From: Octopus vulgaris | Lineage: Eukaryota | Length of the DNA stretch: 64,000 nucleotides | Reading direction: 5' to 3' | Assembly: GCA_951406725.2 (NCBI GenBank) | Contig: OX597823.1 | Span: 69,006,001-69,070,000 of the forward strand | Shown: one piece after another, positions 13,873-24,094 of the stretch | How positions within the stretch are numbered: position 1 is the first letter of the stretch | How the letters are laid out: each line of letters opens with the position of its first letter | The notes under the pieces: model-generated | Database searches by the model: none | Told to the model about the DNA's origin: nothing | What the model saw: the letters and a program-made list of their open reading frames with translations, nothing else | Position numbers and translations under genes: made by a program

Positions 13873-14020
13873 TATGTATATATATAGGCACAGGTGTAGC
13901 AGTGTAATAAGAAGTAAGAAGTTTGCTTCCCTACTACATTGTTCTGGGTTCAATCCCGCTGCATGGCATCTGAGCCAATGAAAACCTTCTAAGTATATAT
14001 ATGTATGTATATAATATAAG

Positions 14021-14426
14021 TGAGTGACTAAGAGGTACAGGTGTCAATTCATTTTGACCGTTTCTAATGACCCTTTTAATTGATTAATGAGAACATTACA
14101 TCATTGCAAAGGAATCATTTTTGTCAGATAAATTCCTGTTCTTCAAACATAAAGGACAGATCAACTTATTCAATATAGTTAACAAATACATGGAGTAAAA
14201 ATACTTATATTAATTCTGCATAATGGTAACAGGATCAATGTAAATATTTTAGCTCTGTGAATTTGTTAACTATGTTGAATAAGTTGAATTGTCCTTTATT
14301 TATGAAGATCATGAATTCACCTGACGAATACAGTTTCTTTGCAATGATGTATGTTCTTATTAATCAATTAAAAGCATCATTAGAAATGGTCATAATGAAT
14401 TGACACCTGTACCTCTTTGTTACTCA
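14021..14426. repeat. Long imperfect inverted repeat (fold-back), about 198-bp arms, 11-nt spacer
   Basis: 14021-14218 is the reverse complement of 14230-14426 (e.g. AGAGGTACAGGTGTCAATTCATT / AATGAATTGACACCTGTACCTCT). Confidence 0.9.
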
Positions 14427-14734
14427 TATTTTATTCACCTATACTGGAATCTATGGTTTGTAAATATTACAAACAGTATTTTTAAATATAAAGTACGTGT
14501 CTGAATAGCTAAGAGTGGATTTCTGCACTCAAGCTGGGTTTTATTATCTGCATACACTGCAAGAATATTATGTGATCAGTACTTATCCACCAAGGCTGAT
14601 ATCCGCTTAATATTGTTGAGTATGCATGTTACACAGACCTAACAAGGTGCCTCAATTTAAATACCTAATTCAACTGAATCTATTGTATATGTATGTGTAT
14701 ATCTATATATCTATCTATCTATCTATCTATCTAT

Positions 14735-14793
<59 letters not shown>

Positions 14794-14795
14794 AT

Positions 14796-15123
14796 CGTGA
14801 TGCATATATGCCATTTGAATATGGCTAACCCATAAGGGTGGATGCTACTGTAGTTTGGAGCCCCAGGAAGATATCTCCTCCAGTTGGCTATAGACACACT
14901 ATCTGTGTCCTGTCAGTATTTGTGAAGGGGAGTCATCCTCCCCGTCTTCAACACATGATACACACATACCCGAGTTTCAAGGTGTTTACCTTTCATCAGC
15001 GTGTGACAATCATGGTTGTCGACGAGAAGTCAGATCCCTTCACAAATACATATACTTTTTCCAGTGTCGATTTGACACTGATATTGAAAAAGTGAAATCA
15101 AACAATGATAAATCTCAGAGCGA

Positions 15124-15124
<1 letters not shown>
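14796..15124 (-). mobile_element. TA-flanked Penelope-like remnant with internal short inversion
   Basis: Carries hammerhead 14961-15005; inverted repeat GTATTTGTGAAGGG (about 14916) / CCCTTCACAAATAC (about 15036); (TA)n on both sides. Confidence 0.6.
14961..15005 (-). ncRNA. Type I hammerhead ribozyme motif (intact core)
   Basis: CACACG-CTGATGA-AAGGT[AAAC]ACCTT-GAAA-CTCGG-GTA-TGTGTG: 6-bp stem I, 5-bp stem II, near-palindromic stem III, GUA cleavage triplet. Confidence 0.8.
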
Positions 15125-15164
<40 letters not shown>

Positions 15165-15851
15165 ATAATAATGATAATAATTAATAAATAATATATATAT
15201 ATATATATATATATGCATATATGGATACAGGACGTCACCAACTTTGTAAACAACAGGAAATATGGAGACAAGCAAGTTAAATACATAAACAACAACAAAA
15301 AATTAAAAACAGGACAAGTAAACACAGAGAAACAATTCTTCATCAGTTGTCAGCTGTCTATCTACTCCTCATTTCGAGCATTCAACGACAATATGAGTCT
15401 CCAAAGACTCCCATCAATTCAAAAATAAAATTTAGGATTTATGGAAGGTCAAAGTTGGGAACAAAAACAGGACAGTGGAGATTTAGAAGGAAGCCAAACG
15501 AAAACAAGCATGGTGGTCATTAGACCAGAACGAGAGGAAAATAATGAAAGCTGGGAGAAATATTTTCTTTGAAAAGAGAAAAGACAGAAGTGAGGAAAAA
15601 ACATCAGATCCTTTGAACATCTGTGCAGGAAAAGAAAGATGGTCACACGAGGAAAGGAAAAAATGGACGATGGTCACATGTGAGCAATGAGAGAGGAAAA
15701 AAGAGAATTAGAGAAGGATGGAGGAAGAAAACAGTATAAAGTAGTGTTGCATCAAAAAAGGTGAAGATAAACTTACTTGGAAAATGATGCATGTTATTCA
15801 ATTAAATAGTAATAATAAATAATATATATATGCACATGGGTACATTTAGCA

Positions 15852-16458
15852 TCCCGGTCGATGCCCGCAGCAAGTTCTTAAAAATTTATCTTACTATTTT
15901 TATTCGTTGTTACTACGTTTATTCATACATTGATAACTTGATTCGTCTAACCCATCTCACTCACTACGAAAATTTAACCTTTTAGGCTACTTTCAAGCCT
16001 TCGCCATAACTTGATTTATCTTTCCTATCTCTCTCTCTACGAAATTTAACCTTAGGCTACCTCAAGCCGTAATCCCATCTTTCTGCCATCGGCGGTCTTT
16101 CCTCCTCTTCTTCTTCTTATGCTAAAACTTGAAAATCGCCATTACCATTACGATTCTGCAATTTAAATTCCCAATTCAACTTACTTTCTTCTTCAATTTC
16201 AACTCCCGGTCGATGCCCGCAGCAAGTTCTTAAAAATTTATCTTACTATTTTTATTCGTTGTTACTACGTTTATTCATACATTGATAACTTGATTCGTCT
16301 TACCCATCTCACTCACTACGAAAATTTAACCTTTTAGGCTACTTTCAAGCCTTCGCCATAACTAGATTTATCTTTCCTATCTCTCTCTCTACGAAATTTA
16401 ACCTTAGGCTACCTCAAGCCGTAATCCCATCTTTTCCCATCTTTCCGCCATCGGCGGT
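15852..16458 (+). repeat. Direct repeat of about 245-255 bp (15852-16096 and 16204-16458; period 352) at the LINE 5' end
   Basis: Near-identical copies both starting TCCCGGTCGATGCCCGCAGCAAG. Confidence 0.95.
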
Positions 16459-16470
16459 GCGCCCGCCCCC

Positions 16471-16691
16471 CACCCCCACCACCAATACCGATGAACACTG
16501 TTCTCACCCCCACCACCAATACCGGTGAACACTGTTCTCACCCCCACCACCAATACCGGTGAACACTGTTCTCACCGCCACCACCAATACCGGTGAACAC
16601 TGTTCTCACCCCCACCACCAATACCAGTTTACCCTGTTCTCACCATCTACACCGGATACGCCCTACTCATCTACACCGGATACGCCCTACT
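16471..16691 (+). repeat. Minisatellites in the LINE 5'UTR: 5 x 34 bp, then 2 x 24 bp
   Basis: CACCCCCACCACCAATACCGGTGAACACTGTTCT at 16471, 16505, 16539, 16573, 16607; CATCTACACCGGATACGCCCTACT at 16644 and 16668. Confidence 0.95.
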
Positions 16692-17036
16692 CCCTCCTCC
16701 TCCCCCACTACCCCTTCTCCTCATATGCTTTCACTGTGAAAAGACAAGCTGCTAGCGCCATAGCTCATCAACTGCCCACCGATCTTACGCTTTCCCCTGA
16801 CACTGCCTCAATCCGACCATCCCCTTTTAGTACCCTCCCGCCTCGTAATGTCCTACGTTTTTATTTCTTACGAACCTACACCAACCCTTCCTGCCATCGT
16901 TCCTCCTTACCCCAACCTTCCCCACTGGTTGCTCCCCTATATTACCCGCCTCAACTGGACCCCCCTCCCCAACTCAACTCTAGAATATCTGTATTTCTTT
17001 CCTCTACCTAATTACGTTACTCAGTGACGATAACGA

Positions 17037-17222
17037 ATGTCCACTGCTAACACCAGCTCCTGCCCACGGCGTGGTCAGGTTGGAAGAGAGATCAAAAGAA
17101 AAATACCACGAAAACTATCACCACCACAACAACCCTCCTCTTCTCAGGCGCCGAATCCCCCCGTCCCCCCCACATCTCCTTCCCAGTTTTCAGAGTTGGC
17201 ACTATCAATGTTGGTACATTGA
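17037..17222 (+). CDS. Short upstream ORF of the RTE LINE overlapping ORF2 (or frameshifted N-terminus of ORF2)
   Basis: ATG start, basic SCPRRGQVGREIKRK segment; ORF2 frame is -1 relative to it and is open from 17051 with no ATG before the APE motif. Confidence 0.55.
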   Translation: MSTANTSSCPRRGQVGREIKRKIPRKLSPPQQPSSSQAPNPPVPPTSPSQFSELALSMLVH

Positions 17223-20200
17223 CAGGCAAGTCTAGTGAGATTGTAGAGATGCTAGAGAGAAGACAGGTTGATGTATGCTGCATACAAGAGGTAAGATGGA
17301 GAGATGCTTCGGCTAGGGTCCTCACGGGCAAGGCACTTAGGTACAAACTCTACTGGCAAGGTAACGCGGAAGGTGTAGGGGGTGTAGGCATTCTCCTTGC
17401 GGAGGAATGGGTGGATAAGGTCATAGAGGTTGTCAGGGTTTGTGATAGAGTGCTTAAGCTCAGGTTGGTCCTACAGAGTGGCACAGCTATGATTATCTCA
17501 GCCTATGCCCCACAAGCGGGACTACCAAATGATCAGAAGGACAACTTTTATGATACCCTTCTGCAGGCTACTTCAAAGACTAGTAACAAGGACCTCATCT
17601 TTGTAGGTGGAGATTTTAATGGGCATGTTGGGCGGGAATCGGGTATCTTCACTGGGGTACATGGTGGCTATGGTATTGGCACCAGAAATGATGAGGGAAC
17701 TAGACTGCTGGAATTCTGTGATGCATGTAACCTTTCAATCTGCAACACTAACTTCAAGAAGCCAGTATGCCACCTTATAACTTATCAGTCAGGAGACTCC
17801 GCTAGCCAAATAGACTTCATCCTCACCAGACAACGGGATGCAGGGTTGCTCTTGAATACAAAGACCCTCCCGGGTGAAGAATGTATCCCTCAGCATAGAC
17901 TAATCATCAGTGACTTTAAGCTTGAGGCCAGAAGGACTCCAAGAAACAAACCAATCCAGAAAAGGAGGATTTGGAGGCTAAAGAACCCTTCGCATGGTCA
18001 GAAATTTAGGGACATACTCATCAAGAAATTTGATGAGAGGGAGGAGGAGCTTCAGACGTCAGACATAGAAGGTAGCTGGGAATTCCTACGGGACAGCTTG
18101 TTGAGTGCCACAGACCAAGTCTGTGGATGGTGCAAAGTCCCTTCCAGACCTAGAATTACGTGGTGGTGGAATAGTGCAGTAGATAAAGCCATCTGTGAAA
18201 AGAGACGGGCCTGGAAAGCCTGGAAGGATGGGGGCAGCAGGGAACTGTACCAGATAGCCAAAAGGGAGGCTGGGCGGCAGGTATACATTGCCAAAGATGT
18301 AGCAGAAAAGAAGAAGTTTGCCAATGTCCAGCGTCGCGAGGATCAAAGAGCTGAAGTATTTCGGATTGCCAGACAGTGTGTCAGAGAAAATAGCGATGTT
18401 ATAGGAGAGAAATGTGTCCGCATGGATGATGGGGCACTTGCTTTTACTACTAGTGAAAAGAAAGAGGCTTGGAGAAGCCATTATGAAAGACTGCTGAATG
18501 AGGAGAATGAATGGGAGGAGGAGAGCCTGCCAAATGTTGACCCAGTAGAGGGACCAGCTACCCGAATAGACAGCTCCCTTGTAGATAAGGCAATTAAGGA
18601 TATGAAACCAGGCAAAGCCCCTGGCCTATCAGGAATCACTGCTGAGATGCTTAAAACAGCTGGCTATGTGGGCTATGCCATAGTCACCCGCATTGTAAAC
18701 CAGGTAGTTCACAATGGAGTCATACCCAATGACTGGTGCAGCAGCACCATAGTCAACTGCTACAAGGGTAAGGGTGATGCTCTAGATAGAAATAACTACA
18801 GAGGTATCAAACTGTTGGACCAGGTGATGAAGGTCTCAGAGAAGGTCATAACCAATCTCATTAGGGAGAGAATTTGTTTAGATGAAATGCAGTTCGGTTT
18901 TGTACCAGGTAGAAGCACCACTGATGCTATATTCCTGGTCCGACAACTGCAGGAGAAGTACCTAGCTAAAGATAAACCCCTCTACATAGCTTTTGTAGAC
19001 TTGGAGAAAGCCTTTGACAGGGTTCCCCGTTCCCTTATCTGGTGGTCGATGCGGAAACTGGAGATTGAAGAATGGCTAATAAGGGCTGTACAGGCTCTAT
19101 ACAGAGAGGCTGTCAGCAAGGTTAGGATTGGCAACGAATATAGTGAAGAATTCCGGGTAGAAGTAGGTGTGCACCAGGGCTCAGCCCTCAGTCCCCTTTT
19201 ATTCATCATAGTCCTTCAGGCAATAACAGAGGAATTCAAAACGGGATGCCCCTGGGAGCTCCTCTATGCCGATGACCTAGCTCTCATAGCAGAATCACTA
19301 CCGGAACTAGAAGAGAAATTTTGGGTGTGGAAGCAAGGGTTGGAATCAAAGGGCCTTAGAATAAATGTAGCAAAGACCAAAGTATTAGTAAGCAGCAAGA
19401 GGTACTCAGCACACATCCCCTCGGGTAGGTGGCCCTGCTCAACCTGTAGGAAAGGTACAGGTAGAAACTCCATAAGATGCACCCAATGTAAGTTATGGAC
19501 ACATAAGAGGTGCAGCAACATTAAAGGGAAATTAACAGATAAGATAGCTTTCATGTGCGGCAGATGCACAGGGACAATAGACACAACAGACACTCAGAAA
19601 ACAGATTCCATCACACTCCAGGGAGAGAAACTAGAAGTAGTTGATAGTTTCCGCTACCTGGGTGACCAAGTTAGTAGCGGAGGTGGATGCACAGAGAGTA
19701 TCACCACTAGAATACGAATAGCCTGGGCAAAGTTCAGAAAGCTCCTACCCCTACTGGCAACAAAAGGTCTCTCCCTCAGAGCAAAAGGTAGATTGTATGA
19801 TGCATGTGTGCGAACTGCCATGCTTCACGGTAATGAAACATGGGCTGTGACTGCAGAAGACATGCGTAGACTTGAAAGAAATGAAGCTAGCATGATCCGC
19901 TGGATGTGTAGTGTCAGTGTGCACGCAAAACAGAGTGTAAGTATCCTGAGAGAAATGCTGGATATAAGAAGCATCAGATGTGGTGTGCAAGAGCGACGCT
20001 TGCGATGGTATGGTCATGTGCTGCGGATGGATGAAGAGAGATGTGTGAAGAAGTGCCACTCCCAAACAGTTGAAGGTATCAGGGGGAGAGGTAGACCCAG
20101 GAAGACATGGGATGAGGTGGTCAAGCATGACCTCAGAGCATTGGGCCTCACTGAGGCAATGGCGAAGGACCGAGATCTCTGGAGATATGCTGTGACTACA

Positions 20201-20338
20201 AAGACCCGGGCTGCTTTCTGCAGCAATTCCACATACCCCCTACCCATTCTAAGTACCCCGGATCCCCAAAGTACCCTGGATCCCCAAAGTACCCCGATCC
20301 CCAAAGTACCCCAGACCTCGTTGCCCCCATGCCGCTGA
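17219..20338 (+). CDS. RTE LINE polyprotein: APE endonuclease + reverse transcriptase + PHD-type zinc finger
   Basis: APE motifs (FRVGTINVG just upstream in frame, CIQEVRW, GDFNGH, IDFIL, QHRLI); RT motifs (YRGIKLL, QFGF, DLEKAFD, GVHQGSALSP, LYADD, FRYLG); C4HC3 at 19436-19567; RGRGRPRKTW C-terminal motif; no internal stops. Confidence 0.95.
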   Translation: MTGKSSEIVEMLERRQVDVCCIQEVRWRDASARVLTGKALRYKLYWQGNAEGVGGVGILLAEEWVDKVIEVVRVCDRVLKLRLVLQSGTAMIISAYAPQAGLPNDQKDNFYDTLLQATSKTSNKDLIFVGGDFNGHVGRESGIFTGVHGGYGIGTRNDEGTRLLEFCDACNLSICNTNFKKPVCHLITYQSGDSASQIDFILTRQRDAGLLLNTKTLPGEECIPQHRLIISDFKLEARRTPRNKPIQKRRIWRLKNPSHGQKFRDILIKKFDEREEELQTSDIEGSWEFLRDSLLSATDQVCGWCKVPSRPRITWWWNSAVDKAICEKRRAWKAWKDGGSRELYQIAKREAGRQVYIAKDVAEKKKFANVQRREDQRAEVFRIARQCVRENSDVIGEKCVRMDDGALAFTTSEKKEAWRSHYERLLNEENEWEEESLPNVDPVEGPATRIDSSLVDKAIKDMKPGKAPGLSGITAEMLKTAGYVGYAIVTRIVNQVVHNGVIPNDWCSSTIVNCYKGKGDALDRNNYRGIKLLDQVMKVSEKVITNLIRERICLDEMQFGFVPGRSTTDAIFLVRQLQEKYLAKDKPLYIAFVDLEKAFDRVPRSLIWWSMRKLEIEEWLIRAVQALYREAVSKVRIGNEYSEEFRVEVGVHQGSALSPLLFIIVLQAITEEFKTGCPWELLYADDLALIAESLPELEEKFWVWKQGLESKGLRINVAKTKVLVSSKRYSAHIPSGRWPCSTCRKGTGRNSIRCTQCKLWTHKRCSNIKGKLTDKIAFMCGRCTGTIDTTDTQKTDSITLQGEKLEVVDSFRYLGDQVSSGGGCTESITTRIRIAWAKFRKLLPLLATKGLSLRAKGRLYDACVRTAMLHGNETWAVTAEDMRRLERNEASMIRWMCSVSVHAKQSVSILREMLDIRSIRCGVQERRLRWYGHVLRMDEERCVKKCHSQTVEGIRGRGRPRKTWDEVVKHDLRALGLTEAMAKDRDLWRYAVTTKTRAAFCSNSTYPLPILSTPDPQSTLDPQSTPIPKVPQTSLPPCR
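20251..20313 (+). repeat. About 3.5 x 18-bp tandem repeat at the end of the LINE ORF
   Basis: AAGTACCCCGGATCCCCA units encode STPDPQ/STLDPQ. Confidence 0.9.
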
Positions 20339-20562
20339 CACGTTAAAATGCTCGAACCGATCGTGACGATGCCGGACCCTCCGGCCCCTGTGCAGGTGGC
20401 ACGTAAAAAGCACCCAATCCACTCACGGAGTGGTTGGCGTTAGGAAGGGCATCCAGCCGTAGAAACTCTGCCAGATTCAGACTGGAGCCTGGAGCGGCCC
20501 CTGGCTTCCCAGACCCGGTCGAACTGTCCAACCCGTGCTAGCGCGGAAAGCGGACGTTAAAC

Positions 20563-20627
<65 letters not shown>

Positions 20628-20856
20628 CTTTTTTCTTCAGTTTCTGTCTACCAGTTACAGTCATAAAGTATTGGTTGAACCAGGGCTATAGTATAGAATG
20701 CTACCCAACACCATTTGCACAGTGGAACTAAATCTCTAACCATATGATTTTAAAGTAAGTTTCCTGGCTGCACACCTATACCTGTGCTTCCAGCCATGCT
20801 ATGAAACTTATTCACATGTAAGATGTAGTGTTGAGCAGTAATTTCATTTTAGCAAG

Positions 20857-21534
20857 ATAATAATAATAATAATAATGAAATTATTGTATACAGTGCTCAG
20901 GTGCACCACAACTTGTCAGAAAGTGCATATAAAGTACATGCAGTAATGTAGAAATGTCTGGAAAGCGAACAATGTATGAGTCAGATACATGCTTGTGTGT
21001 GTATGGAGGGGAGAAAATCAAGTGTAGTGTTGGCGAATCTCAGGAAGCATGGAAGTTTTGAAGGATGCAGTGCTCCGACAACTAACAACTGATACCGGCA
21101 GTTTGTTCCATGCTTCAGCAACTCTCAGCGTAAAAAAATGTTTCCTGAAGTCATGGGAGCTGTGCTGTTTTCTTACTTTGTAAATATGTCCACGGGTGTT
21201 AGATGGGTGGAGTTTGAAAAGGTGCTCAGAGTTATTGTTTGTACGATGGTTGATAATTTTATGGGTGTCTGCCAAGTCAGCTGCCAGACGTCGGAGTTTC
21301 AATGTGTCCATGCCCAGGGAAGTAAGGCGTTCAGGATATGGCAAATGCCTGATGGAGGGTATTCTTTTGGTTGCACGTCGCTGAACAGCTTCCAGACGAT
21401 TGATATCCTGGGCAAGATAGGGGTTCCAGACCGGTGATGCAAATTCCAGGTGAGGTCTTACCATAGCTATATAAAGCCACAGATAGATAGCCGGAGAGCG
21501 GCTCACAAAGGATTTGTGCAAACACGGTTGCAAA
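20857..21534 (-). mobile_element. 5'-truncated CR1-clade LINE
   Basis: LYIAMVRPHLEFASPVWNP..LEAVQRRATK..FFTLRVAEAWNKLP; (TTA)n tail; TSD-like CATTTTAGCAAG (20845-20856) / CATTTTCTAGCAAG (21535-21548). Confidence 0.88.
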
Positions 21535-21578
21535 CATTTTCTAGCAAGTTCATATAATGAAAGAACAATCTATTTTAA

Positions 21579-21804
21579 CCCTTTAGCATTTAAATTGCCT
21601 ATATCCAGCCCAAATATTCTACTAGTTTTTTTTTAATTATTAAAGCCAGCCAGATCTTACCTTTCACATATAACCTACAATGTCATTCTAAAATCCTACA
21701 CCTCATCATTGAAATGTTGTAACTACAAAATGATGCATGAATAATTAAATGTAACGTGAATAAATAAGCATTGCATTTGATAGACTAATCGGAATGCTAA
21801 ATTG
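21579..21804. mobile_element. piggyBac-type MITE
   Basis: TTAA|CCCTTTAGCATT...AATGCTAAATTG|TTAA. Confidence 0.7.
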
Positions 21805-22356
21805 TTAAGAAAAATATTTGTGGTATGACTGAACTTTGTGAGAACAGCAGAAATGAGGGAAATGGTAATTCCCAAGGTGAAAAAAAAAAGGGTCACTTTT
21901 ATCTAAGATAAAATTCTGCTTATAATTTCATCACATTAGTGCATATGTACAAAAAATATTGTACAGTAGATTTAATTGGCTAGTTTAGAGTATAGCCAAA
22001 AAAGCATGGCTAAAGTCAGCCTGAAGAAATTTATATACTACTGGTCTTGATTAAGTCAACAGTACAAATAGTTGACTTGACTTGTGTCTAGCCAAAATAA
22101 ATCAATAGTGTTGAAATTAGCGGATACAGAGATCTGGCTTTGATATAGCTTCTGAAGTTTATGTATTCAAAGGCTGTTGTTCTACAAGTTAATTTGATAT
22201 TGTTTACTCATGTTTATGGTTCTTCTTCTCTCTCTCCACCTCCACTCTCTCCCTCCCCTTTCTTTTTACTTTGCTGACACATTATTCCATACATATATAG
22301 ATTGAAATATCATCTATCTATCTATCTCTGTTTTGCTTTCTCTCTCTCAATATATG

Positions 22357-23170
22357 TTAGTTAGTTAGTTAGTTAGTTAATTTGGCTCAAAAGCAAATAG
22401 CAAGGCCATGTAGGGGGACATGGAGTTAAGTACAGGGTGGTGTTCATGTAAAGAGTTCAGGCCACTTGAGGTCCAGGGAGGCTTTGAACAAAGCGGTCGT
22501 CGGCATCTTCACCATCTCGTCTGGCAGCTTGTTCCACGGATCTGCAACCCGGACGGAGAAAGCTCCTCTCCTTCGATTGAGATGAAATCGTCGCAGGTAG
22601 AGCTTTTCGGAATGACCCCGCAGCCCACGCTCTGGAGCAGGAGTGAAGAACAGCTCTTTCGAGAGATTACACTTTCCGCTTATGATGTTGTGGGCGAGAA
22701 TGAAATCACCACGGCGGCGGCGTTTTTCAAGAGAATAAAGGTCGAGCGTCCTCAGCCTTTCTTCGTAGGACAAATTATTGAGACCATGAACCATGCGGGT
22801 AGCCAGCTTCTGGACTCTTTCGAGATGCTGTATGTCTTTGAGGAGATAAGGAGAAGAGGCTTGAATCCCATACTCCAATATGGGTCTCACCAGCGTGACA
22901 TAGAGTGGTAGGAATATGGCTGCTGTGAGCATTCCGAATGACCGTCAAATCAAGAACAGAATTCCGCGTGCTTTGTTGGCAGCATGGACGCACTGGGCTG
23001 AAGGCGAAAAGGAGGAATCCACCAAGATACCCAGGTCCTTTACCTGATCGGTCCTCTCCAGCAGCAGACGACCCGGCTCGAAATCAAGTTGAGTTGCAGG
23101 AGTAGAGCCGACAGGCAGATGACAGCACTTTGACCACTTCCAAATTTGGTGGAGGCATCGACGAAGATCC
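22357..23170 (-). mobile_element. 5'-truncated CR1-clade LINE (second family)
   Basis: VKDLGILVDSSFSPSAQC, LYVTLVRPILEY, LERVQKLATRM, FSVRVADPWNKLP; (TAAC)n tail at 22357-22380. Confidence 0.9.
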
Positions 23171-23332
23171 TCTCTCTCTATATATATATATATATATATG
23201 GCGGTGCTCCAGCATGGCCACAGCTCGTGAGCTGAAACTAGATAAAATAAAATAAATATATATAATATATATTATATATATACACACACACATATATATG
23301 TGTACGTTCAAAAACATATACATATGAGTGTG

Positions 23333-23363
<31 letters not shown>

Positions 23364-23364
23364 G

Positions 23365-23626
23365 GTAGAAATATGTTACGAAAAGAAAATATAAAATACA
23401 CGTGGAAATGAAAGGGTAAAATATGAAAAATCAATGAAAATGCATATTGCAAATCGAAAAAGGCTATTTATGACAGGTAACGACAAATATATACATTTAG
23501 ATTGACTGAGGTAGTGATACGAGTCATAAAAGTCATTATTATGAGATGATTATAAGATGATAATAAAGTAAGAGAACAAAACGAACCAATGATATACGCA
23601 AAGCTATTCATCGTTTGAACAACATA

Positions 23627-23662
<36 letters not shown>

Positions 23663-23828
23663 GGTGTTTTTACAACTTTTTATCATAAGAAAGATATTCT
23701 CCACAGTAACTGCAGTGTATTTACCTTTTAGCAGATGAAATATGTCATAAATATATTTGATTTGAACTAACTTAAATTCAACATACACACACATATATGT
23801 ATACATATATATATACATACATACATAC

Positions 23829-23859
<31 letters not shown>

Positions 23860-24034
23860 TGTATGTATATGTATGCACATAATACAACTTGTTATACTGA
23901 ACAGGTCTAGGGATACATGTTTGGTGAGGAGGGTGATTTTGGAGCATAAAAGAATAAAAAGTAAATTCTGGAAACAGAATATGCTTCAACACACGAACTC
24001 AGATAAAGAATCTTGCAAACCAATTCCAAAAACG

Positions 24035-24040
<6 letters not shown>
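23365..24040 (+). mobile_element. Penelope-like tail remnant (related to 10090-10530, 58916-58998 and 47490-47553)
   Basis: Shares ACAACTTGTTATACTGAACAGGTCTAGGGATAC with 10429; 23972-24040 is the reverse complement of 58916-58981; TA-flanked. Confidence 0.5.

Positions 24041-24094
<54 letters not shown>

Larger units (their letters stand above)
15852..20595 (+). mobile_element. Young, apparently full-length RTE-clade LINE
   Basis: Repeat-rich 5'UTR, uninterrupted APE-RT ORF, 3'UTR ending GTTAAAC(GAT)11; 5' boundary approximate and TSD unresolved because of flanking (TA)n. Confidence 0.9.

Noticed and set aside
15330-15410. CTGATGAAG and CGAAA on the minus strand in a TA-flanked insert
   Set aside because: Motif order and stems do not give a consistent hammerhead fold
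16471-16640. 34-bp repeats of CRISPR-like length
   Set aside because: Head-to-tail with no spacers, no cas genes, and inside a eukaryotic LINE 5'UTR
16559-17011. 150-aa ORF upstream of the RTE as a possible ORF1
   Set aside because: GTG start inside the minisatellite, low-complexity P/S/T composition, no recognisable domain
15852-17220. HDV-like ribozyme, which is known from some RTE 5'UTRs
   Set aside because: Could not assemble a nested double pseudoknot by eye; needs an RNArobo search
18052-22993. Antisense or alternative-frame ORFs within the RTE and CR1 elements
   Set aside because: Shadow frames of GC-richer coding DNA with no motifs
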